From Balamuthia mandrillaris (lineage: Eukaryota), in assembly GCA_031835245.2 (NCBI GenBank), contig JAVKOQ020000090.1, forward strand, positions 1-64,000: 64,000 bases of DNA. Reading direction: 5' to 3'. Shown in pieces: positions 12,255 through 23,655 of this stretch (the first letter of the stretch is position 1; every line of letters starts with the position of its first letter). The notes under the pieces are model-generated. The model was not told the origin of the DNA, made no database searches, and worked only from the letters and a program-made list of their open reading frames with translations. Position numbers and translations under genes: made by a program.

Positions 12255-14100
12255 GCTATGTGGACTTGCTTCCTTGGATGGAAAAGCTCGCTGCTGATAC
12301 TTCTTCAGCAAAGAGATGAAACCAAGGGAGTAGGTCTGCGTGCATGACACAACAGCTGTGCGGACTTGCTTCCTTGGGCTGAAAAGCTCGCTGCTGCTGA
12401 TGCTTCATTCAGCAAAGAGATGAAACCAAGGGAGTAGGCCTGCATGCACTATGCAACAGCTGTGTGGACTTGCTTCCTTGGATGGAAAAGCTCGCTGCTG
12501 ATACTTCTTCAGCAAAGAGATGAAACCAAGGGAGTAGGTCTGCGTGCATGACACAACAGCTGTGCGGACTTGCTTCCTTGGGCTGAAAAGCTCGCTGCTG
12601 CTGATGCTTCATTCAGCAAAGAGATGAAACCAAAGGAGTAGGTCTGCGTGCGCTACGCAACAACTGTGCGGACTTGCTTCCTTGGGCAGAAAAGCTTGCT
12701 GCTGATGCTTCATTCAGCAAAGAGATGAAACCAAGGGAGTAGGCCTGCATGCACTATGCAACAGCTGTGTGGACTTGCTTCCTTGGATGGAAAAGCTCAC
12801 TGCTGATGCTTCATTCAGCAAAGAGATGAAACCAAGGGAGTAGGTCTCGCTGCTGCTGATGCTTCATTCAGCAAAGAGATGAAACCAAGGGAGTAGGTCT
12901 GCGTACGCTACACAACAGCTGTGCGGACTTGCTTCCTTGGATGGAAAGCTCGCTGCTGATACTTCTTCAGCAAAGAGATGAAACCAAGGGAGTAGGTCTG
13001 CGTGCATGACACAACAGCTGTGCGGACTTGCTTCCTTGGGCAGAAAGCCTGCTGCTGCTGATACTTCTTCAGCAAAGAGATGAAACCAAGGGAGTAGGTC
13101 TGCGTGCATGACACAACAGCTGTGCGGACTTGCTTCCTTGGGCAGAAAAGCTCGCTGCTGATGATGCTTCATTCAGCAAAGAGATGAAACCAAGGGAGTA
13201 GGCCTGTGTGCGCTATGCAACAGCTGTGCAGACTTGCTTCCTTGGATGGAAAAGCTCGCTGCTGCTGATGCTTCATTCAGCAAAGAGATGAAACCAAGGG
13301 AGTAGGCCTGTGTACACTACACAACAGCTGTGCGGACTTGCTTCCTTGGGCAGAAAAGCTCGCTGCTGCTGACACTTCATTCAGCAAAGAGATGAAACCA
13401 AGGGAGTAGGTCTGCGTGTGCTACGCAACAACTGTGTGGACTTGCTTCCTTGGGCAGAAAAGCTCGCTGCTGATGCTTCATTCAGCAAAGAGATGAAACC
13501 AAGGGAGTAGGTCTGCGTACGCTACACAACAGCTGTGCGGACTTGCTTCCTTGGACAGAAAAGCTTGCTGCTGATGCTTCATTCAGCAAAGAGATGAAAC
13601 CAAGGGAGTAGGCCTGCATGCACTATGCAACAGCTGTGAGGACTTGCTTCCTTGGACAGAAAAGCTAGCTGCTGATGATGCTTCATTCAGCAAAGAGATG
13701 AAACCAAGGGAGTAGGCCTGCATGCAATATGCAACAGCTGTGAGGACTTGCTTCCTTGATGGAAAAGCTCGCTGATACTTCTTCAGCAAAGAGATGAAAC
13801 CAAGGGAGTAGGGTCTGCGCAGATGACACAACAGCTGTGCGGACTTGCTTCCTTGGGCAGAAAAGCTTGCTGCTGATGCTTCATTCAGCAAAGAGATGAA
13901 ACCAAGGGAGTAGGCCTGCATGTGCTACACAACAGCTGTGCGGACTTGCTTCCTTGGATGGAAAAGCTTGCTGCTGCTGATGCTTCTTCAGCAAAGAGAT
14001 GAAACCAAGGGAGTAGGCTGTGCAGACTTGCTTTCTTGGGCAGAAAAGCTTGCTGCTGACGCTTCAGCAAAGAGATGAAACCAAGGGAGTAGGTCTGGCT
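12255..14100 (+). repeat. Tandem array of ~100-bp hairpin-forming units (19 copies of the CAGCAAAGAGATGAAACCAA anchor)
   Basis: Anchors at about 12306, 12410, 12510, 12614, 12715, 12816, 12869 (preceding unit truncated), 12968, 13070, 13174 ... 13989 and 14065. Units are mostly 96-104 bp. Confidence 0.95.
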
Positions 14101-14401
14101 GGGATGAAGGACAACATTCCTTTGAACCTGCTTACGCCCAGGCTTGATGCTGTTGCACCACCTGTGGTACGCGATGATCGGCAAACAAAAGAGCTGAAGC
14201 AAGAGTGGTAGTTCTGAGAGTGCATAAGATGTTCGGTTGGTTGGTTAGTTAGTTGGTGGTTCAAAAAAAAGAAACAAGAGAATGAGTTGAGAAGTAAGCA
14301 GGTTCCGAGCCAGCTTGTGTGTCGGTCCCCGAGGTCTTTATGGCTCTCATGTCGTCATGAAAGTCTCAAACATTTCGTCTCTTCCTTTTTCTCTTCTCAG
14401 C

Positions 14402-14655
14402 CTTCTGCTGCTTCCTCGCGTTCTCTGCCTCAGGCGGCTTCGCCGCCTTCGGCAGGTGGCCTTCAGCCACCCTCTAGAAGCCTGGTAGACCCACATTTTC
14501 AACAGAAAAAGTGGGAAAGCGACATTTGTCTCGCGATTCCACCGGAAATTGCACTTTTGCGGCCTTGGGCCGCTTCCTCGCGTTCTCCGCCTCAGGCGGC
14601 TTCGCCGCCTTCGGCAGGTGGCCTTCGGCCACCCTCTAGAAGGCCGGTAGACCCC
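14402..14655. repeat. Two ~90-bp direct repeats made of GC-rich TTC/GAA-loop hairpins
   Basis: CCTCAGGCGGC-TTC-GCCGCCTTCGGCAGGTGGCC-TTC-(A/G)GCCACCCTCTAGAAG...GGTAGACCC at ~14402-14492 and ~14570-14655. Two more degenerate copies lie at ~15660-15750 and ~15828-15912. Confidence 0.9.
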
Positions 14656-14818
14656 TAACCCTAACCTAAAAACTGACTCACATACATAAACTCACTCACT
14701 CATAGTAACTCTCCTCCTTTTTGACATCATTTTTGTTTTACTTTGTTTTCAACTGCTACCTTTGTGTTTATAGTTAATATTGCTTCCTTCTTTAAAACTT
14801 GTGCTGTTAGTCCTAACC

Positions 14819-15917
14819 CTGTTTGCTGCAGTAGTGAGAACAACACAGCACAGCAAAGGCAAATAAAAGTAATGAGAATGAACTTGTTTGCTTTCTTCTT
14901 TTCTTAGCATAACAGCTGTGCGGACTTGCTTCTTTGGGCAGAAAAGCTCGCTGCTGATGCCTCTTCAGCAAAGAGATGAAAACCAAGGGAGTAGGCCTGC
15001 GTACACTACACAACAGCTGTGCGGACTTGCTTCCTTGGGTAGAAAAGCTCACTGCTGATGCTTCTTCAGCAAAGAGATGAAAACCAAGGGAATAGGTCTG
15101 CGTGCATGACGCAACAGCTGTGCAGACTTGCTTCCTTGGGCAGAAAAGCTCGCTGCTGATGCTTTATTCAGCAAAGAGATGAAACCAAGGGAGTAGGTCT
15201 AGCTGGGATGAAGGACAACATTCCTGCAGGCTTGATGCTGTTGCACCACTTGTGATGCACGATGATCAGCAAACAAAAGAGCTGAAGCAAGAGTGGTAGT
15301 TCTGAGAGTGCATAAGATGGTCGGTTGGTTGGTTGGTTAGTTAGTTGGTGGTTCAAAAAAAAGAAACAAGAGAATGAGTTGAGAAGTAAGCAGGTTCTGA
15401 GCCAGTCAGCTTGTGGGTTGGTCCTGAGGTAGTTATGGCTCTCATGTCATCCTGAAAGTCAAACATTTCATCTTGTCCTTTTTCTCTCTTTTCCCTAGGA
15501 GTTGAGCTCTCACCGATGATTCCCTTCTTTTAGATCCGTTGGTTGGTTAGTTAAGAACCAAACCAACTGTTGTGAGGTACATAAAGGTATACTTGGAGCT
15601 CTATTGCAACGCTAAAACAGCAAATAAATCAATTCCACCGTAAATCACACTTTCTCAGCCTTCTGCTGCTTCCTCGTGTTCTCTGCCTCAGGCGGCTTTG
15701 CCACCTTCGGCAGGTGGCCTTCGACCACCCTCTAGAAGCCTGGTAGACCCACATTTTCAACAGAAAAAGTGGGAAGGCACCATTTGTCTCGTGATTCCAC
15801 CGTAAATTGCACTTTTGTGGCCTTTGGCCGCTTCCTCATGTTCTCTGCCTCAGGCGGCTTCGTCACCTTCAGCAGGTGGCCTTCAGCCACCCTCTAGAAG
15901 GCCGGTAGACCCCTAAC
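14819..15917 (+). repeat. Second, shorter copy of the subtelomeric module at 12162-14659 (3 array anchors plus downstream flank)
   Basis: Shares the left flank (CTGTT(C/T)GCTGCA(A/G)TAGT(A/G)AGAACAACACAGCACAGCAAAGG), array units, right flank and end GGCCGGTAGACCCCTAAC. Has an extra ~170-bp segment at ~15490-15650. Confidence 0.9.
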
Positions 15918-16201
15918 ATGATTCCTCCTTAGAGGCCAATACCTATTAGTATTTCCCCATTGCACACACTGTTAAAGGTCAACCTCAATGGTTGTATCTA
16001 AATTTGCTGACCACTTTTGGAAAAACTTGAAAGTGCTGGGTAATATTTCTCCTTTCTCCTGCTCTTATATTTAAAGAGCTTCTTTATCATTTGTATTCTA
16101 ATAGATAGACAGACAATACACATCTTTTCTTCCACACATTGTTTCCCTTCCACTGTACACCTCTACTCTTCTAACACCTAGACCTTGAGAACAAGGACAT
16201 C

Positions 16202-17650
16202 ATGGAGCACCTCACCACCCATGGACTCAACCAGGAGGAGGTCAGAAAGGTGATTGACAAGATCAGCAGGAAGGCTGCTGATATTAGGAAGTTCTGCAAG
16301 GACTATAGCATCACCAAAAACCTGGATGAGAGCCTTGACAAAACCGTGAAGAGCCTATCAGAAAGCGCCCAGCTTGAATACAAAAAAGTGCATGCAATTT
16401 TTTGTATTCTAGTTGGGCACTTTCTGATAGGCTCTTCATGGTTTTGTCAAGGATTGACACATTGCTGACCTTTCCTGAAATGTCTTCTTGGAGGCCTTCG
16501 CTGATTTGCCTAACGTCTTTCTGCACTTTGTCGTTGAGCTCTTCCCATTCCTCTTGAAGCCATCTCTTGCCGTCTATCACCCTCTTTTCAAGGTCTCCTA
16601 TCTTGGCATCTTTTTCCGTGAGGGATTGCTTCAGCATGTCTGTAATCTCGCTCTTCAGGACATTGTCCCCGTGCTATCCAAGATCACACATTATGCCGGA
16701 CAAGAGGAGAAGAATGGAACCAGTCCCCTGGTCCTAAAGTTTCTTCCTGAAGAGGAGAAAGAAGCAGGAAACGAACCCTGGTAGCCTTTGGTAACAATGT
16801 CTACAGTACTTGCAGGAACGTTGTAGGTGCTATAGAACAACTTCATGTCACTTGGAGATATCCGTAGGTGCATGGGCCTGGAGAGAGAGAGAGAGGATAT
16901 CAGATTCATGGATGTTCTGACCGTGAGCACAAAGAAGCAACTATGTACCCCAAACCATCTGAGATTTCGTCTGCATAATGAACTTACAGTCAGCTTACAA
17001 GACAAGGAGGAAAATAAAAAGGAGAAGGGAATACCTTGTTGGTGCCTCGCACATTGGCTGGCATGCCATAAGCCAGCTTCTGAGTGTTCGGGTCAGCCAA
17101 TTGGACGGTCGGTTTGGAGCGGAAATGGGTCTGTCGGGTCAATTGGGATTCAGAGCATTGGACTTGCCTCTTGAACGAAGTCTCTGGAGAACGGATGACC
17201 ACTACGTCGTCTATCAGGTCTGTAATTCTCTTTGGCGCACTGAAGAGAAGCGAAGGAGAAACAGGAAGAGAGAATGTGAGAGTGAGAGTGAGAGTGACAT
17301 TGTACAGATCAAGGGGATTTTTTTTTTTTTGTCGGGCAGGAAGGGGAGGTGTAGACGGCGACATCCTCTACTTCGCCCTCGCCTTCGCCCTCACCCTCAT
17401 CCTCACCATCACTTACCTGGACAAGTATCAAAAGAGCAAGGCTCCAGTCTTTGAAGAGGACACAAAGCATAAGAAGCAGAAAACTGCGCCTGATCTTTCC
17501 ATTGCTAAAGTGTCCACAGTTGAAGAGGTGAACAAGCTCAAAGGGAAAGCGCTTGAGGCACAACTCTCTTCGGTCTCTCCAAGACCTCTAAGGGCGATAC
17601 CACCGTGGTGGGCAAGAAGAAGCGTTTGGCCGAGTTCCTCTCCGATCCAA
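16202..17650. pseudogene. Mosaic of fragmented coding remnants (coiled-coil fragments; possible SAP-like motif at ~17520-17640)
   Basis: Short, broken protein-like ORFs on both strands. EEVNKLKGKALEAQL followed across a frameshift by GLSKTSKG...GKKKRLAEFL resembles a SAP motif. Confidence 0.35.
16333..16452. repeat. 120-bp imperfect palindrome without spacer
   Basis: CCTTGACAAAACCGTGAAGAGCCTATCAGAAAG...TGCA|TGCA...CTTTCTGATAGGCTCTTCATGGTTTTGTCAAGG, centre 16392/16393. Both strands encode LDKTxKSLSESAQLEYKK. Confidence 0.93.
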
Positions 17651-17828
17651 GCGCCTTTCAACACTGCTTGCGGCCTCACAAGCTCCGCGGCCTCACTGCT
17701 CTTCCTTTGCCCTTCTTTTTTGTCGACAAGACGGAAAAAGACGGTTTGCATTTTTGGACTTGCTTTCGCGGGTTTTCGCTTGTGCGAATGTCGACAAAAA
17801 ATCAGAGGAAAGTCGCTCACAGAATCGC

Positions 17829-17876
<48 letters not shown>

Positions 17877-18345
17877 CCCCCGCCCCCCATAGAAACACAT
17901 CACTGCTCTAACAAATCTCCTTTGTCCTTCCTGAGACACTTCCGTCATGCAGCGTGTGCTCACATAGCACAATAAGGCGCATTATCGGACTACTTGCTAA
18001 TTCTGCGTAAGGCGGGTTTGCTTCGCGAAAAAAAAAAAAAAAAACTCTTTTTCTTTTTCGTGGGGTAAACAGGGGTTTACTTGCACCACGGAGCAGTTTG
18101 GTGCCTCTTCCGCAACGCCATGTGTAAAACTTCGTGAGCAGTTTCCCTGCCAACGTGCCGTTTGCTTTTTCCTTTTCGCTTTCTTGTTGTCGACGGTAGA
18201 ACTGGGCAATACCTCTTCGTCCAACTTCGTAAGCAAATGAGCCGCGCTGGTATAAAAGCGACGTTTCCTCACGCAATGTTGGACTCACTTCACAGCTGTC
18301 GTCCTTTGAAGAAGACGAAGACGAAACTGAAACCAAGAACACGAA

Positions 18346-20862
18346 ATGGTGCTGCGGAGAGCAGGTTGGTGGTTGGCGGTGGCTGCGGTAGGTACCTGTT
18401 TGGCAGTCGGAGCTTCGGTGGGACTGGGTGTCTGGTCTAAGGCCGATTGGTTCACCGATCCTGGCCCCTACAGCCACACCTGGACAGGCTACAACAAGCA
18501 ACAGTTTGTGGGGCTCGTCTTCTTCACGTTTCTTTCTCCCGTGGCTTTCACTCTGTTGTTCACGGCATCGCAGCAAGCACTGTGCTTCCTCACGCCAGCC
18601 AACAAGTACATCCGATTGATCGCTACAGCGCTGGCGGTGAGCTTGTTGGTTGTTGGAGCTACGTTTGGAGGCTTGTGGGCAGCTCCTTTCCTGGATTGCT
18701 TCGGTGTAGGGTGCCTGAATCCGGAGGTTTACAAGAAGCTCACTCCTCGACAGCCAGAGGCCGGCATGGGGTGGCAGGCCATCGTTGGCATGTCCGCCCT
18801 TTTGGCCTTTGTCTCTCTAGCGGTTGCACAGTTGGCAAGCTTCGTTCTGGGCATCGTGGCAGAGCGGAGACAAGCCAGCAACAAAGAGAGGGAGGACCTC
18901 CCGCTTCTTCGCAAAGGAACGTCAACAAGCTTGTTGGTGGTCTCGCCCCCCACTCCTGGAGCTACTCTACGACAAGGCTGGCTTCTTTACTTTCTTCTCT
19001 TCCTGCCGTTGCTGGTCTTTGGCTTCACGACCACCTACATTCCCAACTCTTGGGAGTACTTCATGCCAGATCGCATTGCCTCCTATGCCGCTCAGAAGGT
19101 CACTCATGACCCTAAGGTCTATAAATACCCCGAGTACGTCGCCATTCCGGAGTACCCTTGGGCCACTTTCAAGACCAAGGAGCTGGAGCTGCGTGACGAC
19201 TGGCGCCTTAAGATCTTTCCTGACAACCTCTTCCTCTATGTGTTCCTTCTGGTGGTTCCTCTGGCCACATTGTTTCTGCGTTCATTTGGGCCGACAAGGC
19301 TGCTTCTTGGTGCGGGAGTGTGGCTCCCTCAGCTCGAGTTCTTCTACTGGCACTTCCCACGATACATCCTTCAGCTTAGCGTCCGTTTACTCCCAGCGGG
19401 CGAAAGCAGCTCAAAACTGGAAGCCTCTCGCCCTTCGTTACGGCTGCGCCAACACCTCGTCTTTGTATCGCTTGGTCGGCTGCTGCTGGCCGCTGCAACG
19501 GTGACTCTGATCACTTTGTGGTTCTGGTATTGGGTCCACGACCACAACTTCAACGGCTACTGGCCATCTGCAGCGCATGTCTACGATGCGGAGAAGATAG
19601 GTCGTGCTTTTGGCCAGTTGGCTGTCCTCCTGTTTGGATTGCTGATGTTCCCTGCTGCTCGCAACTCTGTTCTGCCTTTCATCTTTGGGCTTTCTTGGGA
19701 GGCTGCCATCTTCGCTCATGTCATCCTCGGCCGTCTCTTCCTGTTGGCAGCCTTCGCTCACATGGTGGCTAACTACGTCTGGTACTCCAAGACACACAAC
19801 TTTCCGGGAGATGTGCTGGCTGTGCCGATGCACCTCAGCAACGGCATTGACAACTTCACGGTGCCTCTCATCACGTTGGTCACATGGCTTACCTTCATCA
19901 CAATGGGCGTTTTGACTCTCTGGCAGATAAGGCGGAGGTTCTTTGAGCTCTTTTACTACTCCCATCATATCACCTACTGCTTGCTCATCCCTGCCGTTCT
20001 GTGGCACGCCGCTGCCGGTTGGGAGTTCCTTCTTCCCGGCGTTGCCTTTTGGTTCGTGGATCGCTGCATTCGGGCCTACCGCAGCGCTACAGCCGCTGAA
20101 ATTATCTCTGCCATCCACCACGACCTCGGTGGTGTTGGGCGTGTGGTGTCGCTGCGCCTCCGTGCTCCTTTTGCTTACCGACCGGGCCACTACTGCTTCA
20201 TCAACGTCTCTCAACTGTCCCTCTTCCAATGGCATCCCTTCACCATCGCTGGAGCCGACAAGAACGAGGTGGAGCTTCACATCAAGGTCATGGGAGAAGC
20301 CACCTTTACCTCTCGCCTGGCAGACGCTGTGCGAGACGGCCTTACTCTTACTGTCAACGTGGACGGACCCTACGGCCTCCCTATCGAGTTTGGGCGTTAC
20401 CAACAGATCTGCCTGGTGGCCGGTGGCATTGGCATCACTCCTTGCAAGGCCATCATCGAAGCACTGGCCGCCCTGCCACAGGCTCATCTTCCTCACCTTG
20501 AAAGAGTGGTGCTTGTTTGGAGTGCCCGCGATAGGAAGCTGCTGGACTTGCTGTACCCCGCCATGGCCAAGGCTGCTGCTAACGACAAACGCTTCGCCCT
20601 CTACTGCCACTTTACCGGACATGATAACGTCTCCATGAACTCGAGCGTAACGTCTGTCTCCTTCGCAGAAGAGGACGTTGGTGGGTGTCCTGTCTTTGTT
20701 GGGCGGCCTAATCTGTCTGACATCGATGAGCTGCACGAGGGTGACGATCTTGGATTGTCCACCCTGATGTTTGCTTGTGGTCCGGAGAACCTCGTTGCAG
20801 ATGCTGAACGACACGCACGCCAGCGACGATGGGACTTTCATAACGAAACCTTTTTGCTGTAG
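18346..20862 (+). CDS. Ferric reductase / NADPH oxidase-family transmembrane flavocytochrome (intronless, 838 aa)
   Basis: Heme-ligand His pairs (FAHVILGR...FAHM; FYYSHH...LWH), FAD motif QWHPFTI, DGPYG, NADPH motif LVAGGIGITP, FACGP and terminal FHNETF. Confidence 0.93.
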   Translation: MVLRRAGWWLAVAAVGTCLAVGASVGLGVWSKADWFTDPGPYSHTWTGYNKQQFVGLVFFTFLSPVAFTLLFTASQQALCFLTPANKYIRLIATALAVSLLVVGATFGGLWAAPFLDCFGVGCLNPEVYKKLTPRQPEAGMGWQAIVGMSALLAFVSLAVAQLASFVLGIVAERRQASNKEREDLPLLRKGTSTSLLVVSPPTPGATLRQGWLLYFLLFLPLLVFGFTTTYIPNSWEYFMPDRIASYAAQKVTHDPKVYKYPEYVAIPEYPWATFKTKELELRDDWRLKIFPDNLFLYVFLLVVPLATLFLRSFGPTRLLLGAGVWLPQLEFFYWHFPRYILQLSVRLLPAGESSSKLEASRPSLRLRQHLVFVSLGRLLLAAATVTLITLWFWYWVHDHNFNGYWPSAAHVYDAEKIGRAFGQLAVLLFGLLMFPAARNSVLPFIFGLSWEAAIFAHVILGRLFLLAAFAHMVANYVWYSKTHNFPGDVLAVPMHLSNGIDNFTVPLITLVTWLTFITMGVLTLWQIRRRFFELFYYSHHITYCLLIPAVLWHAAAGWEFLLPGVAFWFVDRCIRAYRSATAAEIISAIHHDLGGVGRVVSLRLRAPFAYRPGHYCFINVSQLSLFQWHPFTIAGADKNEVELHIKVMGEATFTSRLADAVRDGLTLTVNVDGPYGLPIEFGRYQQICLVAGGIGITPCKAIIEALAALPQAHLPHLERVVLVWSARDRKLLDLLYPAMAKAAANDKRFALYCHFTGHDNVSMNSSVTSVSFAEEDVGGCPVFVGRPNLSDIDELHEGDDLGLSTLMFACGPENLVADAERHARQRRWDFHNETFLL

Positions 20863-21041
20863 AGTTGCCTTCTTCTTGACTCTTTGTTTTTTAATTATTT
20901 ATTTGTTCTTGTATTTGAAAAATAACACAAACAAGTTACGTGTACGCAAAATGAAGTTTACAAAAGTACCTACTGTTCTGCCTTCTCCAATCACACAGAT
21001 ATGAGAGAGAGAGAGAGAGAGAGAGAGAAGAACAGAGGGTT

Positions 21042-21786
21042 TTACAGACCGATCTCGTCGAAGAGAACGAGAATGACGGTGATGTCATCACGGCTTCCCT
21101 TGTTTTTGGCTTTCTCGCATAGGACTTGGCAGACACGATTCAAGAAAATATCAGACTGCTTTGGGGGCACAAACGGCTCGTCCTCTTCGTCCTCTTCGCC
21201 ATCCGAGTCTCCACCAGTTTCTTTGGGAGAGCCATTGGTTGCTTCCTGCATTGTGCGAGTACCGATCTCTTTGGAGCTAGTAAGGTTTTCTTTATCACCT
21301 TCCTGTGCGGAGAGCAACGTAGGAGAAGGATCGTCTTCAAAGAGGTAGTCCCTGTCCGTTGCTGCAAAACTGTACTTTCGCAGCCGCTCCTTTCGGTACC
21401 GTTCTTCTGCCGACAGGATGATGTCGCCTTCACTTGCTTTGGAGTGACGAGAACTCTTACCATTGTTTGTGTTGGTTTCAGATGGCTCTGCTTGAGGTTG
21501 CTTCTTCTCAGATTGTTCGCCGTCTTCTTGGGCTGCATCTTGGGATTCTATTCCTTCTTTCTTCTTTAGTAGTTTCTCCTTTTCTTCCTTCAAGAGCTTG
21601 GCCACCGTGTCCACGGCCTTTTTGTTAGTGAATACGTCCCAGAAACCGTCGCTGGCGATGATGATGAAGTGGTCCTTAGGCTTTATCTTGAAGACTTTTG
21701 AAAGACAAATATCATAAGAAAGAGATGAGAGAGAGAGAGAGAGAGAGAGAGCGGAGGAGAAACAAGAGAGCTAGGGTAATAGAGCA

Positions 21787-21823
<37 letters not shown>

Positions 21824-23107
21824 AGAGAGAAAGTAAACATACATCTGAGCTCGGGTTCCGCGATAACGGCACCTTCGCCAGCGTTGGCTCCTCCTTGCTC
21901 TTTCATCTTTCGCCACATGGCTATCCGTTGTTGAATTCTCTTTTCCCGTTCTTTTTGTCTTCGAGCCTCGTACTTTTCTCGTCTTTCTCTCTCTCGTTGC
22001 TCTTTCTTCGTCTCCTTCTTTGCTGGCTCAGTTACTTCGCTGTTAGTGCCTGCTGGTTCATCTTCTTTCTCGTTTTTGACCTTCTTGTCTGCATTGGTCT
22101 TATCCACGTTATTGTTGCTTTTCTTCGGGGCTTTGTTGTTTCCTTCCTTGGGACCAGCTGCAGCACCATCTCCAGCAGTTTTGCCATTTTTCTTCGCCGC
22201 TGCTCCGACTTTGGGGTTCTCCTTTTCCTCTTCGGCTTCGGGCTCTTGCGACTTCTTCTTCGTTGATTTCTTTTTGGTGGCCACTTCCTTGTTGCTTCCT
22301 TTCTTTCCAGCTTCCTCTTCTCCAGCCGCTTCCTTTGATCCATTCGTCTCTTCTGCGTCGCCTCCAATTTTATTGGAGTTGCTGCGACTACGATTCTGCT
22401 TTTTACTTTCGTTGTTGCTGTCTGCATTATTAGTGGTTTCGTTGTTTTTGGTTGAACCATCAGGAGACTCTTTACGCTTGGTTCCAGCTGGACTGGGTGG
22501 ATTCTTGATGAATCGATCTCCAAAAGAGCGACCCACAGCCAGCATACCAAGAGCCCTTCCTCCACTTACAAAACCTGCCAGGGAGAGAGAGAGAGAGAGA
22601 GAGAGAGAAAGATAAGATATTAATGTTCGGATACGAAATGTTTCAGCTTTCAGCGTAATAAACGACGATTTACCTCCTTGTTTGTTAATACGTCTTCTTT
22701 CCACCGGGTGAGAGGCCTTCTGGTCTTCACTCAGAGGGACCGCCTTGTAGGTCAACGGGAAAGGTACTCGCATTTTGCCCACTCCCGGATTCTCCGCTTT
22801 GCGTCCCTGCACAACTCTGGAGTCGCCCAAATTGGCTACCAATATCCTATCGTACACCTGTTGACCCACAAAGAAAAGGGTGAGTGCCATGAGCGTGAGA
22901 GAAGAAACAAGCAGAACGGACCTGCATGACCACAATGGCACAACAGCCACTGAGGTTTTTCTTTTTGATGGTGTAGTTGATCAACTTCTGCTCCGTGAGA
23001 GCAAACGCGGCTAGCACCACCCCAGAGATTCTGAAGATTACCGCGAACAAAAAATGGCATGGTGAGTGAACGACGAACACAGAGGAGCGGAAGAGAGGAA
23101 AGAGAAG

Positions 23108-23149
<42 letters not shown>

Positions 23150-23655
23150 TGAGAAGAGCGAGCAAAGAAGAAATTTTCAACAACAAACTTTTTCTCATCA
23201 ACAGCAGCAGACGACTGTGGCCAAAACAAGTTGCTCGTTTGTTGATTGATGATCTGTGCGTGAAGATGAACCCGCACAAAGTCCGCCGCCATGCGACCGC
23301 CATGTCCGTCATACACCGCGAAATAACTTGGATTGAATCGTCCGGGATAGGAGGACGAGCAAACCTCGCCGCCCGAAGGAGCTCCTTCCTCGTCGGAGCT
23401 TGAACCTTGGCCTTCACTACTCGCCTTGGCCGGCACAGGAGGAGAGCCCTTTTCCTCTTTTTCTTCGGGGGAAGAGGCCTCGGTGATCTCCACGGAGCCG
23501 AGAGAAGGCTCGGGGAGGCCCTCGTCGAGGATTTGCTTGAAGGTCACCCAACGGTCCTCGTTCTTGTGGCGTTCTCCTTCGAGGCTGAAAACGCCAAAGG
23601 CCTGGATGCGTTTGGCAAAGCCGGGCTCAGTACCACCGGGTCGGACTAGCTTCAT
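21042..23655 (-). CDS. PP2C/PPM-family protein phosphatase (multi-exon)
   Basis: GERHKNEDR, FAVYDGHGG, VANLGDSR, LAVGRSFGD, IIASDGFWDV and GSRDDITVILV motifs spread over several exons. Confidence 0.93.

Noticed and set aside
12255..14100. CRISPR array interpretation of the ~100-bp repeats
   Set aside because: The variable parts are point variants of one sequence rather than unique spacers, the context is eukaryotic, and no cas genes are visible.
12409..14202. Minus-strand ORFs in the array (KEASPHSCC... repeats)
   Set aside because: Unit lengths (100, 101, 104 bp) are mostly not multiples of 3, so frames shift and stop constantly.
19438..20841. 467-aa ORF antisense to the ferric reductase
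   Set aside because: A shadow ORF of a GC3-rich gene, with no recognisable motifs.
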